Of a stretch of DNA of 20,000 bases, positions 19,569 through 20,000 are shown piece after piece. The stretch lies in the NCBI RefSeq assembly GCF_004010195.1, contig NC_057752.1, positions 7,264,453 through 7,284,452 on the forward strand, in the 5' to 3' direction. Within the stretch, counting starts at the first letter, position 1. Each line of letters begins with the position of its first letter. The DNA comes from Chiloscyllium plagiosum (taxonomy: Eukaryota). The notes under the pieces were generated by a model. The model had not been told where the DNA came from. It saw only the letters and a list, made by a program, of their open reading frames with translations, and ran no database searches. Made by a program: the position numbers and the translations under genes.

Positions 19569-20000
19569 GGAGAAAGTGAGGACTGCAGATGCTGGAGACC
19601 AGAGTTGAAAAATATGGTGCTGGAAAAACACAGCAGGCCAGGCAGCATCCGAGGAGCAGGAGAATCGACATTTCGGGCATAAGTCCTTCTTCGGGAATGA
19701 GGCTGCTGTGCCAAGCGGGCTGAGATAAAGGGAAAGGGGGAGGGAATACGATAAGTGGAAGGAGGTGAGGGTGAGGGTGATAGGCCGGAGAGAGGGTGGG
19801 GGCAGAGAGTTTGGGAAGAAGATTGCAGGTCAAGAGGGCAGTGCTGAATCTGAGATAAGGTGGGGGGAGGGGAAATGAGGAAGCTGGAGAAATCTACATT
19901 CATCTCGTGTGGTTGGAGGATTCCTAGGCGGAAGATGAGGCACTCTTCCTCCAGGCATCGTGTGGTCAGGATCTGGCGATGGAGGAGGCCAAGGACCTGC
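19569..20000 (-). mobile_element. Penelope-like element 3' end (GIY-YIG C-terminus and pLTR), running off the window
   Basis: Minus frame QVLGLLHRQILTTRCLEEECLIFRLGILQPHEMNVDFSSF resembles the PLE endonuclease tail R..E..I.xLxTLxPxGxN. It is followed by a pyrimidine-rich UTR and a degenerate hammerhead at 19663-19698. Confidence 0.9.

Noticed and set aside
19435..19903. Proline/serine-rich ORFs of 132 and 113 aa
   Set aside because: Translations of the pyrimidine-rich PLE 3' UTR/pLTR. Only the first few codons of the 113-aa ORF belong to the endonuclease.

Overview
AT-rich, CpG-poor vertebrate DNA, almost certainly from a shark or other elasmobranch, judged from HE1-type V-SINEs and a HER1/CR1 LINE with the matching 3' tail. 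I recognise no intact protein-coding gene. Most ORFs in the track are decayed transposon frames or chance frames, so the window is probably intronic or intergenic. About half is retroelement debris: several ages of CR1 LINE, a second CR1/L2-group LINE that appears to carry a tRNA-like head, L2 and RTE fragments, HE1 and Deu-domain SINEs, and many Penelope-like element (PLE) pieces, three of which keep GIY-YIG coding remnants. The main hidden signal is a set of seven minimal hammerhead-ribozyme (HHR) motifs in the PLE termini, in four sequence families and on both strands. Two keep the catalytic core (4512-4549 minus, 9278-9317 plus). Smaller observations are a TSD-flanked PLE fold-back hairpin, a TSD-flanked 99-bp solo HHR unit, an 18-bp tandem unit that looks like a decayed ETS-CRE motif, a nested unclassified retroposon, and two candidate minus-strand exons. 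I see no convincing evidence of a wholly new biological system. Family names come from recalled motifs, not database searches, and repeat boundaries are approximate.
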